Origin: an uncultured Gammaproteobacteria bacterium
GTDB taxonomy: Bacteria > Patescibacteriota > Microgenomatia > UBA10105 > UBA927
Direction: 5' to 3'
Length of the DNA: 64,000 nucleotides
Assembly (NCBI GenBank): GCA_964349125.1
Contig: CAYGFH010000003.1
Span: 103,194 to 167,193 of the forward strand
This document shows, piece by piece, positions 19,852 through 29,228 of the stretch (position 1 is the first letter of the stretch; every line of letters begins with the position of its first letter). The notes under the pieces are model-generated. The model made no database searches, was not told the origin of the DNA, and saw only the letters and a program-made list of their open reading frames with translations. The position numbers were made by a program, and so were the translations under genes.

Positions 19852-20886
19852 TTATATTAGAGAATGAAGTCTATTAAATTCTGAAAACCCTCCATTTATT
19901 ATTTTACCTTTCTGAAAATTAGGCGCCCAACTCCGAATGTTATCTGATATCGTTTCCGCTTCATTGAAAGATACTACATGTAAAACTGGTTTTTTTGGGA
20001 TATGTGATAAAAGATCTTTTATTATATCGTCCTTTGCTCTATAACCGATTATATAAATTTCATCAGCTTGTTTAACCATTTCTTTACCTTTTTCAATAAC
20101 TTGTTCGTAAAAATTTATAAAATGGTCTAATTTCTTCTGAGCAAGTGGTAAAAATACCAGTGGATAGAAATAATCCATTCTTAAATTATCCCATACGTTT
20201 GCAATATCTGTATAACGAATTTGCTCGAGAGATGGACGTAATACCCGCAATGTTTTAATAGGAATCGCTCCATTCATGAAAAAATTATCCATAGCTAAAT
20301 CAATCCGAGTTTTCATATCACTATTGGTCGGAACTATCGGATCATTTTCTCGCTTTTCAATTACCCAGTTAACAGATCCGTGAGGCTTAATAAAGTTTGC
20401 TTCAAGATAGCTACTCATGCTCAAAAAACTCGTGTGAAAAACTTCTTCATATGCCCTATCCAACAGAGTGTCATAATTAAAGTTTATTATTCCAAACTCT
20501 TCATCTTCTACGTAAAGACTATTCAGAAAAGATCTATAAATATTATTTGCGCTATAAGTATTTGAGACATTTCTTAGAGTATTCCAAATGTACATAACGA
20601 TCCTGCCAAAAAGTCTTAACTGGGATTTTTTATGTATGGGTGATTTAATTTCTTCAATTTTTTTCCATTTTTCTCCTAACCATTCTTCAACAGAATTATT
20701 CTTTTGCAAAACTATTTCTTGTCTGAACACACCTAGCTCGCTAGATGTGAGCATATAGAGCGAATGCTCTTTATATCGACCATCGAATAGCTCATCTATT
20801 AACGGAGCCCTTAATGGGGAGGATAGTGGATATTCATTATTCTGAGATCCTAATGACGCACCGGCACCAAATATATAAATTTTCAT
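19852..20886 (-). CDS. SIR2_2-like (sirtuin-superfamily) protein, putative NADase-type defense effector
   Basis: N-terminal IYIFGAGAS, INFNYDTLLD and KPHGSV match the SIR2_2 (PF13289-like) signature. The gene is conspicuously AT-rich (~32% GC). Confidence 0.6.
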   Translation of the reverse strand: MKIYIFGAGASLGSQNNEYPLSSPLRAPLIDELFDGRYKEHSLYMLTSSELGVFRQEIVLQKNNSVEEWLGEKWKKIEEIKSPIHKKSQLRLFGRIVMYIWNTLRNVSNTYSANNIYRSFLNSLYVEDEEFGIINFNYDTLLDRAYEEVFHTSFLSMSSYLEANFIKPHGSVNWVIEKRENDPIVPTNSDMKTRIDLAMDNFFMNGAIPIKTLRVLRPSLEQIRYTDIANVWDNLRMDYFYPLVFLPLAQKKLDHFINFYEQVIEKGKEMVKQADEIYIIGYRAKDDIIKDLLSHIPKKPVLHVVSFNEAETISDNIRSWAPNFQKGKIINGGFSEFNRLHSLI

Positions 20887-21061
20887 ATTTTGTTCGCGAA
20901 GTTTTTACGGGGAGGCTTGATTGGAGTCGCTCTAGGTATACTTCGCCAGTATATTTTTCTTGAATATAACAAATGACTTCTTAATTAGCAACGGATTAAT
21001 TCGAGTGCTAATTTTAGAGCATTATAACAATGCAAAGAGGATATTATGCTATGATAAATAC

Positions 21062-21709
21062 ATGAAACGGTTGGGTGGATATGCACTATCCATACTGCTT
21101 TTAGCCTCAATACTTCTTAATGGGTATTTCGTCCTCTCCAAACAAAAGGAATCCACGGTGGTAGATGTGCATGACGGGGATACGTTTACCCTCGGTGATG
21201 GGCAACGGGTGCGTTTACTGGGCGCGGATGCTCCTGAAACCGAGAGATGTGGCGCTGAGGACGCGAAAAAACTTCTGGAATCACTTGTGCTTGGAAAACA
21301 AATCCAAATCACCGATGAGAAACGGGATACCTATGGCAGGCGCATGGGACTTGTGTATGTCGGAACGACACCCGTAAACGAGCAAATGCTCAAACGTGGA
21401 TTTGCCCGACCAGACTATACGGCAAACAGTAAATCAAATGCTCTGAAAATCGCATATAAAGAAGCCACAGATGCGAAGCGAGGAATCCATTCATCCCTGT
21501 GTAAAAACATTGCCCCAACTCCCCCTTCTGCCAACTGTACCATCAAAGGGAATATCGATAAGGCAACCTATACTTATTATTATCACCTACCCACATGCCG
21601 GCACTATAATCAAATCGTACTTGATGCGGACATGGGTGAACAGTTTTTTTGCAGCGAGACGGAAGCGAAGGCTGCAGGATTTACATTGGCGCCTGATTGT
21701 CTGCGGTAG
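21062..21709 (+). CDS. Membrane-anchored staphylococcal-nuclease (SNase) family nuclease with a C-terminal Cys-containing domain
   Basis: VVDVHDGDTFTL...VRLLGADAPE SNase core after an N-terminal TM helix. C-terminal CTIKGNI...YHLPTC..YNQI...FCSETEAKAAGF domain. ORF track start 20960; ATG at 21062 follows an AAGAGGA RBS. Confidence 0.75.
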   Translation: MKRLGGYALSILLLASILLNGYFVLSKQKESTVVDVHDGDTFTLGDGQRVRLLGADAPETERCGAEDAKKLLESLVLGKQIQITDEKRDTYGRRMGLVYVGTTPVNEQMLKRGFARPDYTANSKSNALKIAYKEATDAKRGIHSSLCKNIAPTPPSANCTIKGNIDKATYTYYYHLPTCRHYNQIVLDADMGEQFFCSETEAKAAGFTLAPDCLR

Positions 21710-22526
21710 GCGCACGATAAGACTCTGTATTTATCCGCTGCATATACCCCAACTGACGTTCCAGTGGCGCAATCGGCGCATCAGGATACGCGAGAATGAG
21801 AATCTGTGTGGTCATAAATTGATGCTCCGGGTACGCACCGTACACAGTAATCCCACGCGTTTCCCATTCATGCAGCGATTCCCAGTATAACAGTGAGTTA
21901 AAACCCGTAATAAGCATACCTAGCTTTGGGTGGAGAGATTCCATAACCGCTTGCATTGCCTGTCGCTGGTGATGATGATGCTCCAGTCCACCGAAGTATT
22001 CATGCACCAGATGAAATCCCTCCGGAGCAATCTGTTCTTTTAATCTAACCAGAGCAGTGGTATCCAGTTCTGAAACATAGGTGATATCTGCCCTTGATCT
22101 TCGAGCCATTGCCAATTCGGAAGCCGATGGGCAACTGAACCAATGACCCAATAGACTTTCAGCACCTTCAGGATCGCTCTGACTGTATGTTCTAAGAATT
22201 TCCAATGTTCTCACGCTATCTTGTGCATTAAACTGTTCCTTATTAGTCACTGTGCAGGTAATGCGACTGTTTACGAATCGTGGAAGAATTGATCTAACGG
22301 TTTTGAAGCCAACACCCAAGCCGCCCCCTAGGTCAATACACTGCACGTCCCGTAGTGCATATCTGTTTACCAAAACGCTCACAGCACCAGCTACTGCCAT
22401 ATCTATATCCGCCGGTATAAGATTGCCTGCCGGAGATTCCTGATGGACAACACCACAAAGATTCCCGATATTGAACGTCTCATACATCGGTGCCGGTATC
22501 TCTGATGGTTTAGGTCGCTCTGTCAT
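21681..22526 (-). CDS. Class I SAM-dependent methyltransferase
   Basis: Motif I IDLGGGLGVG. Confidence 0.6.
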   Translation of the reverse strand: MTERPKPSEIPAPMYETFNIGNLCGVVHQESPAGNLIPADIDMAVAGAVSVLVNRYALRDVQCIDLGGGLGVGFKTVRSILPRFVNSRITCTVTNKEQFNAQDSVRTLEILRTYSQSDPEGAESLLGHWFSCPSASELAMARRSRADITYVSELDTTALVRLKEQIAPEGFHLVHEYFGGLEHHHHQRQAMQAVMESLHPKLGMLITGFNSLLYWESLHEWETRGITVYGAYPEHQFMTTQILILAYPDAPIAPLERQLGYMQRINTESYRAPTADNQAPM

Positions 22527-22529
22527 ATC

Positions 22530-22967
22530 CTAGTGTCCGGCCTGATAAAACACCTCCATAGAAGATTCTGAAAGCATACGGACGAGGAAACTCATCGGAT
22601 ACCCTTCAACGCCCATAAAATTCGATTGCACGACAGGATGATATGGCTCAAAATCCCTAACTGAACCACCAATCAACCCACCATACCCACCATCGATTTC
22701 CGGAATTACGTCTCTAAAATACTTTGGAGACACATGGTACATATGCGCTTCACCATTTGCATCTATAGAAAATCCATCCACACACGGACCGGCACCCAGC
22801 ACTTTATAGTACAAACCCGCATGCATTTGTTGAATTGAATCTGATAGGACAAATATTGCAGCACCGGAATAGTACGACAACACATTTGCACGGCAGACAG
22901 ATATATCAAATCCACCGATAGATACCCTGTGTACATCATAATTTGGTGGTAAAAATCGTTCGGTCAT
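22530..22967 (-). CDS. Hypothetical protein
   Basis: 145 aa ORF tightly packed 3 nt downstream of the methyltransferase. Confidence 0.4.
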   Translation of the reverse strand: MTERFLPPNYDVHRVSIGGFDISVCRANVLSYYSGAAIFVLSDSIQQMHAGLYYKVLGAGPCVDGFSIDANGEAHMYHVSPKYFRDVIPEIDGGYGGLIGGSVRDFEPYHPVVQSNFMGVEGYPMSFLVRMLSESSMEVFYQAGH

Positions 22968-22972
22968 AGGGA

Positions 22973-23491
22973 TTATCTTTCCGCGAATGCCCAGCTGGTC
23001 GGGTGGTACTGAACTTCGACTGATTCCAGATCAAAATGAAACTGTGCGTTTTCCTCAGTAAAAATCGCTGCATTACGATCCATATCGAGTGGCATCCTCG
23101 TTTCTTCTTCTTCATGCAACGCCCTCTCCTGGGCAAACGATGATACGAGATTATTTCTCACACGCTCCATTGCAGCATCTATTGCTACCAACGGATTTTT
23201 TCCGTATCTGGCAATGCTGTTTTCTCCATTGTCGCGCGGATATACCGATCCATCGATACCATCAACTTTATGAGAGCCGTATTCGTTGTCATTGAGTGTC
23301 ACTGAATATGAATAGCCTGCATCCGCAATAAAATTGCCGAGAACGGACGCTATATCTTTTGGAACAGTATTACCCTTCATCTGAAAACGAAACAGAAATC
23401 CCTGAAGGTTATCCTTTCGCTTTGATGCTATCAGTTCCACTTGTACACCAAGTTTTTCCAATGCTGATATGTATTTCTCTTCCTGTCCCAT
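22973..23491 (-). CDS. Hypothetical protein
   Basis: Start taken at the internal ATG (MGQEEKYIS) to avoid overlap with the upstream gene. The longer ORF reaches 23581. Confidence 0.35.
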   Translation of the reverse strand: MGQEEKYISALEKLGVQVELIASKRKDNLQGFLFRFQMKGNTVPKDIASVLGNFIADAGYSYSVTLNDNEYGSHKVDGIDGSVYPRDNGENSIARYGKNPLVAIDAAMERVRNNLVSSFAQERALHEEEETRMPLDMDRNAAIFTEENAQFHFDLESVEVQYHPTSWAFAER

Positions 23492-23510
23492 ATGCCATGT
23501 ATACACGCTT

Positions 23511-24155
23511 CTACTGTGTTGCCTGTGTGGTGGGCGTCGGTGTCGGCGATTGGGTGATCTGATTGGTCGGGTTTGCAACATCCACTATAAAATTTCGCTT
23601 CACAAGTTCTGATATATTCCCTACTCCATCTTTTGCCTGAACCATAAACGTGTGAGAACCATTTGATACCGATGAAAAACAGGGAGCGTAATTTTGATTC
23701 CAATCACTCGGTGAACCCGCATCCATGCCGTAGCGCACAGTGATAGGCGACGATGCATCGCTGAACTTCATCGGAAAACAGAAGCTGTTAAATGTCACTG
23801 TTGATCCTTCTGCCGGTCCTGTCATGTAATCAAACGTCGGAGCACTGGTGTCTGAACTGGGGATCGGTGTACTGGTGAATGTTCGTATAACCGGTGATGG
23901 CGTGGACGTGGCATATTGTACTGCTTTGGGTGTGGGCGTTGGGGTCTTTGTAACGATTCTAGAAGATGATGGGTTCGGGGTGTTCGATGGAAACGTTTCG
24001 GACGATACAGATGGATCCTCTGAAGGCGTCACGATGACAGATGGAATCGATACAGTCGGAGTCGGTGCGATTCGTTTTGCTGTGTACGGAAAATTTCTGA
24101 CACCAACAGCAACGAAAAATGAAAGAAGTGCGGCAACAACAACGGCAATCGGCAT
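23511..24155 (-). CDS. Membrane-anchored Pro/Thr-rich protein
   Basis: N-terminal TM helix, long PT/S-rich linker and a C-terminal globular segment. Confidence 0.5.
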   Translation of the reverse strand: MPIAVVVAALLSFFVAVGVRNFPYTAKRIAPTPTVSIPSVIVTPSEDPSVSSETFPSNTPNPSSSRIVTKTPTPTPKAVQYATSTPSPVIRTFTSTPIPSSDTSAPTFDYMTGPAEGSTVTFNSFCFPMKFSDASSPITVRYGMDAGSPSDWNQNYAPCFSSVSNGSHTFMVQAKDGVGNISELVKRNFIVDVANPTNQITQSPTPTPTTQATQ

Positions 24156-24215
24156 AGGTATACAATGATATACTGTCTTATAGTATATGTCAAAACTGTG
24201 CCAACGCCTGCCCGG

Positions 24216-25085
24216 TTATTCGTGCGCAACTTCTGCGTGCTTTTTGAAATTATTCAAAATCGCCTGCCACCCATCTCGCTGCAACTGTCTCGAGTTCTCA
24301 TTTTCCATCTCGAACGTTACCACCACCTGAACAGACTTCTCTCGTGGGACAAATGTGACTGTGACTTTGCGACCATCTTCCATGCTGTAGTCTATCTGTT
24401 TATGGGTATCTACTTTCGTGTATGTCCCAGTGAAGTCAAATTTGTTCTTCCCATCCTTGGAAGCCATGACCGTGGTAAACGATCCGCCAACGCGTAAATC
24501 GCACGTAGCACTCGGAGCTTCCCAATCATCGGAAGCAAATGCCCATTTCGTCACATGAGACGGATCGTTGTAACAATTCCATACCGTTTCAATCGGCGCT
24601 TTCACATACGCCAGTACACTGATCGTGTGACTTGTGCCTGTTTCCGCCACCTCTTTGAGTTTCGATAATGCTTTGTTCCACAGATCTGTAAACATACCCG
24701 CCATCTCTTCAGGGACATCGATATCAACTACAAATTCTGTCGTCGTTCCCAAATCTCTGAACGTGTAGTTTTCATTTGATGGCGTCCATTTTTTGACTTC
24801 TTCACTGGTGATGTCCTCCACGCCATTCTTTATAATGCCCAGATGGCGAATAGAAATATATTCATGAAGTCTGTTCTCTGCAATCTCACTGGACATACCG
24901 TCCTTTTTGCCAAATTCATTCGGGCCGACAAACCTTATTTTTGAGCCCCGTTCCCACGAACCTTCAATATCTGATCCCGGGGAAAACACTTCTGTCCACA
25001 TCGGATAGGTATCTTTGCCTATAACAGCGTCCCAGACTTTTTCTCTCGGAGCGTTTATACTGATGTGGAAGTGTAGTTGTTTCAT
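24216..25085 (-). CDS. Tandem SRPBCC (AHSA1/START-like) domain protein
   Basis: Two repeats of an Aha1-like SRPBCC fold. Start set at MKQLHFH. Confidence 0.55.
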   Translation of the reverse strand: MKQLHFHISINAPREKVWDAVIGKDTYPMWTEVFSPGSDIEGSWERGSKIRFVGPNEFGKKDGMSSEIAENRLHEYISIRHLGIIKNGVEDITSEEVKKWTPSNENYTFRDLGTTTEFVVDIDVPEEMAGMFTDLWNKALSKLKEVAETGTSHTISVLAYVKAPIETVWNCYNDPSHVTKWAFASDDWEAPSATCDLRVGGSFTTVMASKDGKNKFDFTGTYTKVDTHKQIDYSMEDGRKVTVTFVPREKSVQVVVTFEMENENSRQLQRDGWQAILNNFKKHAEVAHE

Positions 25086-25136
25086 ATACGTACTATAAAT
25101 AATTGTACGAAATATTACAAATACCCGAATATTTTT

Positions 25137-25358
25137 ATGAAAGTTACAGTCATAGCCCACCCAAACGCTAGAAGACCACGCATAGAGGAAGATTTACTTG
25201 GCACTCTGCATGTCTATGTGAACGCTCCGCCTCTGGAGGGTAAAGCGAACAAAGCGGTATTGGAAGCACTTGCCATACACTTTCAGGTAAAGAAATCCCA
25301 AGTGAAACTCGTCTCCGGTGCTACCTCAAAGATAAAAGTTTTTACTCTCGCAATCTGA
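25137..25358 (+). CDS. DUF167 (YggU-like) protein
   Basis: VYVNAPPLEGKANKAVLEALA...VSGATSKIK matches the DUF167 pattern. Confidence 0.6.
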   Translation: MKVTVIAHPNARRPRIEEDLLGTLHVYVNAPPLEGKANKAVLEALAIHFQVKKSQVKLVSGATSKIKVFTLAI

Positions 25359-25491
25359 GCATTTGTAAACGTGTTGTACAAAGGAGTACAATACGTCCCA
25401 CACTACAAAAACTCAGGTGTGCAACTAAGTTTTCGAGTATATACCCATCTAATCCGCTTTTTCGTCCCAAGGGACTGTAAACCGGAGTAAG

Positions 25492-27150
25492 ATGGATATA
25501 GAATTACCTATGAAAAAGAAAATTGAACACTATTCTAAAAAAACACAGATAAACATGAAGCCTGGAATCACAGTCGGACTCGTATCTATACCACTGTCTA
25601 TTTCCCTCGCTCTCGCCTCCGGAGTCAGTCCTGTCATCGGTGTACTCTCGGCATTCTGGGGCGGTGTTGTTGCGGCACTGTTTGCGGGATCTGCGTATAA
25701 CATCATCGGACCTACCGGGGCACTTTCGGGACTGATCCTCACATTTGTACTGTCTCACGGCGTTGCCATGGCACCGGTGCTCACCATTTTTGCCGGTTTT
25801 CTGATTCTTATCGCATGGGCGTTTAATTTCCATAAGTACCTGATCTATATTCCCGGTGCCGTCATCCACGGATTTACCCTTGGGGTCGCGTTCATCATCG
25901 GGCTTGGACAACTGAATAACGCATTCGCGCTCACACCACATCACACGCATGAGAGTTTAATACTGAACATTATGGAGTCGCTCAAGGTGTTGCCTGAGGC
26001 CAGGATAGAATCTGTTGTGCTGTTTGTTATCGGATTACTTTTTCTTATCACAGTAAAAAAGAAAGCACCAACAGTGCCAGGAGCAATCGTACTGTCCCTC
26101 ATGGGTATAGCAGTAGGATATGCATCTACGAATGGACTTTTCCCCATTGCGGTTCCCACACTGTTCTCAAAATATGGAGCATTGACCTTACAGCTGTTTC
26201 CGTCTGCACTTCCGAAGTTCTCCATGTCTCCCTACCTGTTTCAGGGAGCATCAGTGATTGCCATAATCGCAATTATCGAAACGATGCTTTCTGCGAAAGT
26301 AGCTAATCTCATGACGAAAACCCGGTTCCACCAGCGGCGTGAAATGCTCGCGCTGGCGCTTGCCAATATAACGAGCGGTCTTATGGGAGGCATACCCGTG
26401 ACTGCTGCGCTTGCCCGCACCAGTTTAAATATAAAGACAGGCGCAAGCAGCAGGATTTCCGCTCTCATATCTGCAATAACGATAGGTATTATCTCCGTAG
26501 CGTTTTTTGGCATGTTCCAATACCTGCCACTTCCTATTATCGCCGCCATTCTCGTAAATGTCGCCATTAATATGGTGGAGCAGGAACATTTTGCTTTTCT
26601 TTTCAAACACGATAAACCATCATTTGTCATATCCTTGATCGTCGGTGTTGTAACAATTGCCGCTGATCCCATTATTGCCGTAAGCTTGGGATCTATCATC
26701 CTACTGCTTAGACAAGTACAGAGGCTGAGCATCGGCGATTATGAGATACTCGTGAATCACAACAAGAAACTCACAAACAGACTCACAGATGAAAATCTGC
26801 ATGAACTGGAAAACGGAGGAGATCCGTTTGTATATTCGTTTAATACCGACCTCACCTACCTGAACCGTGATGCGCATTTGCTTCGTATCCACCAGTTGGC
26901 ACCAAAGGCACATAACGTGATTCTACGTTTTCGCACCGTGTCGTATATCGATCCCGACGGTATCCTGATGCTTGAGGAAATCATAGAACTGTTTGAGAGG
27001 CATAGCGCACTCGTCTATTTCGTCGGGTTATCTGAGGAAGTACGGCTAGAATTAGAAAAGACACCATACTTTGACCGGTATACAAAGCACAACAGGATAT
27101 TTGAAAAGACCACGGATGCGCTTGCGTATATCTACAAAAAGAAGAAATAG
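25492..27150 (+). CDS. SulP-family anion transporter with C-terminal STAS domain
   Basis: Multi-TM SulP core and a C-terminal STAS-like domain. Confidence 0.85.
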   Translation: MDIELPMKKKIEHYSKKTQINMKPGITVGLVSIPLSISLALASGVSPVIGVLSAFWGGVVAALFAGSAYNIIGPTGALSGLILTFVLSHGVAMAPVLTIFAGFLILIAWAFNFHKYLIYIPGAVIHGFTLGVAFIIGLGQLNNAFALTPHHTHESLILNIMESLKVLPEARIESVVLFVIGLLFLITVKKKAPTVPGAIVLSLMGIAVGYASTNGLFPIAVPTLFSKYGALTLQLFPSALPKFSMSPYLFQGASVIAIIAIIETMLSAKVANLMTKTRFHQRREMLALALANITSGLMGGIPVTAALARTSLNIKTGASSRISALISAITIGIISVAFFGMFQYLPLPIIAAILVNVAINMVEQEHFAFLFKHDKPSFVISLIVGVVTIAADPIIAVSLGSIILLLRQVQRLSIGDYEILVNHNKKLTNRLTDENLHELENGGDPFVYSFNTDLTYLNRDAHLLRIHQLAPKAHNVILRFRTVSYIDPDGILMLEEIIELFERHSALVYFVGLSEEVRLELEKTPYFDRYTKHNRIFEKTTDALAYIYKKKK

Positions 27151-27156
27151 ATACGA

Positions 27157-27193
27157 TAAAACCCGCCCGGACGCAATTTCCGTAGCGGGTTTC
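27157..27193. terminator. Hairpin between convergent genes
   Basis: AAAACCCGC ... GCGGGTTT stem. Confidence 0.4.
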
Positions 27194-27224
27194 GTACACA
27201 TCCCTTCGTGTATTCGTTACCTAA

Positions 27225-28199
27225 TTACTTACTCCAATTCCCCAACCCTGATCTCAGTTGACTCTTATAATTCATCAAATCAAATTCTCCACATGGATCA
27301 TCGCTGACTTCTTGAATGATCGCAAAATCACCCCATATCGCAGGACCGATTTCTACGTCCTCAGCTGTTGTCCAATTAACCCCATCCAACTTAGATGATG
27401 TCGGGACTGCAACAATTTTTACAAAATCACTCCATTCACATGTTTTGTATGTTGTTGTTGCGTTACCAGCTGATGTTGACCAAGTTCCAGAAGCGTTATC
27501 AGTACCATCATCAGACCAGGTGCCACTCATCATCCCCGATCCATCTATCATCCCAATATATGTTCTGATTCCCCATGATGGACCTGGATACACAACATCA
27601 AGAACGATATCGTTACCTGACAACGCTCCAATCACTGCCAAATCTTTATTGGGATATTGTGCAGGAAGGTAATTGTCCGTTAACGCTCCCGTAATTGAGT
27701 CACCGTTTTGGATTAAATCAACGTCGTAGTAGTAATGATTGCCGGAAAAAATGACATCGAATTTGTACGTGTTGGTAACATCCGAACTGTATTGTGTTTT
27801 ACTTTCATACGATCCTTTAGCATGGTTAGTAAGCCACGCTCCTGAACCTATATATGTTGAATACCCAAAATGTCTGTCTAACGTAGTATCACCATCACAG
27901 TCTTTGTTACTTAGCCATGCATCATTCCATTTCATCATCAGACTGTCTCCACTTGTGACCGGGATTGCCGGACGGGAAAAATTATCATACCAACCATTGA
28001 ACATATTCGCCTGGTAATTATATCCCCATTGATCATATCCAAGTGAAATGGTGCTTCCAGCGGAATCAACCAATGTTTTACTTTGAATAGTCGTACAGGA
28101 ATTAACTGTAGGTTTTGCTGCAAAAACTGGACCTGTTATGAGCAACATGGCTGCGCCTATCACTAAACTAAATATTATTTTTTTCATATTATTTTTCAC
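27225..28199 (-). CDS. Secreted hypothetical protein
   Basis: Signal peptide (MKKIIFSLVIGAAMLLITGPVFA), then a W/Y/G/D-rich domain. Confidence 0.5.
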   Translation of the reverse strand: MKNNMKKIIFSLVIGAAMLLITGPVFAAKPTVNSCTTIQSKTLVDSAGSTISLGYDQWGYNYQANMFNGWYDNFSRPAIPVTSGDSLMMKWNDAWLSNKDCDGDTTLDRHFGYSTYIGSGAWLTNHAKGSYESKTQYSSDVTNTYKFDVIFSGNHYYYDVDLIQNGDSITGALTDNYLPAQYPNKDLAVIGALSGNDIVLDVVYPGPSWGIRTYIGMIDGSGMMSGTWSDDGTDNASGTWSTSAGNATTTYKTCEWSDFVKIVAVPTSSKLDGVNWTTAEDVEIGPAIWGDFAIIQEVSDDPCGEFDLMNYKSQLRSGLGNWSK

Positions 28200-28250
28200 C
28201 TCCTTCCGTTTTGAGATTCACATCTATCTATACAGAATATCGAAATAGGC

Positions 28251-28280
28251 CAAAAAAAATCCGCCCATACAAGGCGGATC
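28251..28280 (-). terminator. Intrinsic terminator
   Basis: On the minus strand: ATCCGCC-loop-GGCGGAT followed by TTTTTTTT. Confidence 0.7.
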
Positions 28281-28394
28281 AACAAGAATTATTTACCCAT
28301 TGCACTTTAAAATGACATTTACAGGTATTCATAGCGACTTGAGACTACTCCCAAATGGAACCCATGTCTGTACTGCAGCGTACATCCACCTTCA

Positions 28395-29228
28395 TTAATT
28401 CACCACACGGTGAGTATGGGATTTTATATGATCCTCACAATAACATACTTCGGGTATACAGGTGTGGCAATAGTAAAATATCTTCCGATCCTTTTCCGTT
28501 TTATGACACACGCTGCAGCGCATGTACGTTTTCATCTGTTCGCCCGTATGTTTGAGGACAAATGCTCCATGTCTCACACGGTCTAATACTTCCAGATAGA
28601 TACTTTGTCCGAAGAAGATAATAAAATTAGTAACAGACAGTATCACCATGCTTTTGAGTGCCAAATCCCCTGTCACCAATGTCCGGGCAAGGCTTATCCA
28701 CATAAGATAGGCAATCCACTTGATCTTTATGGGAATGATGAAAAATAAGAGCAGTGTAAAGTTAGGATTCAAATACGCGAATGCCAAAAACAGCGAAGAA
28801 AACAGAAACCCGTTATAAAACGCTGTTTGAGGAAATAAAATTGCCCCGATGATTGTAGCCACATAAACGATAATCAGATAGGCCACGTAGTTATATGACC
28901 CCCACTCATTCTCCAATGCCTGACCGATCAGATACATGAAATACCATTCAAGCACCACCCATATAGGCGATAACAGAAGCGGTTTTGCCATGAACGTAAA
29001 TACCCTCCACCAGTCTCCAGCAAATACAGCATCTCCCCGAAGAATCATCGCGTTTAGGTTGTTCGGATTTGCCAGAAAAAATAGGTATCCGATAACCTGT
29101 AAGCCGATAAGATAATAGGTAATATTTGATATTGGGAATGCGCCGAAGCGTTTCTCGTATTCAACTTCCAGATTCATAGGAATAGTATAGCGTAACTGAC
29201 TGTAGAGCAGTATACTCACACCATGCAC
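28395..29228 (-). CDS. Polytopic membrane protein with C-terminal Cys/His zinc-ribbon-like tail
   Basis: About 6 TM helices. C-terminal CSVCH...CHTCIPEVCYCEDH. Confidence 0.45.
   Translation of the reverse strand: MHGVSILLYSQLRYTIPMNLEVEYEKRFGAFPISNITYYLIGLQVIGYLFFLANPNNLNAMILRGDAVFAGDWWRVFTFMAKPLLLSPIWVVLEWYFMYLIGQALENEWGSYNYVAYLIIVYVATIIGAILFPQTAFYNGFLFSSLFLAFAYLNPNFTLLLFFIIPIKIKWIAYLMWISLARTLVTGDLALKSMVILSVTNFIIFFGQSIYLEVLDRVRHGAFVLKHTGEQMKTYMRCSVCHKTEKDRKIFYYCHTCIPEVCYCEDHIKSHTHRVVN

Noticed and set aside
17685-24200. Prophage or integrative element with integrase and tRNA attachment site
   Set aside because: No integrase, transposase, recombinase or tRNA gene is visible in or beside the island. 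Only the 80 bp promoter-module duplication and the GC drop mark it as accessory.
25504-25950. Cys/Arg-rich 148 aa ORF antisense to the SulP gene, plus many other antisense ORFs in the track (e.g. 74-346, 11674-12153, 13264-13548, 17077-17589, 35926-36438, 43383-43925)
   Set aside because: Each lies entirely inside a well-supported conserved CDS on the opposite strand. They have low-complexity or biased composition typical of shadow ORFs.
28395-29228. Rhomboid protease assignment for the 277 aa membrane protein
   Set aside because: I could not find the GxSG serine or the TM6 histidine motif. Only a generic multi-TM topology and a C-terminal zinc ribbon are visible.
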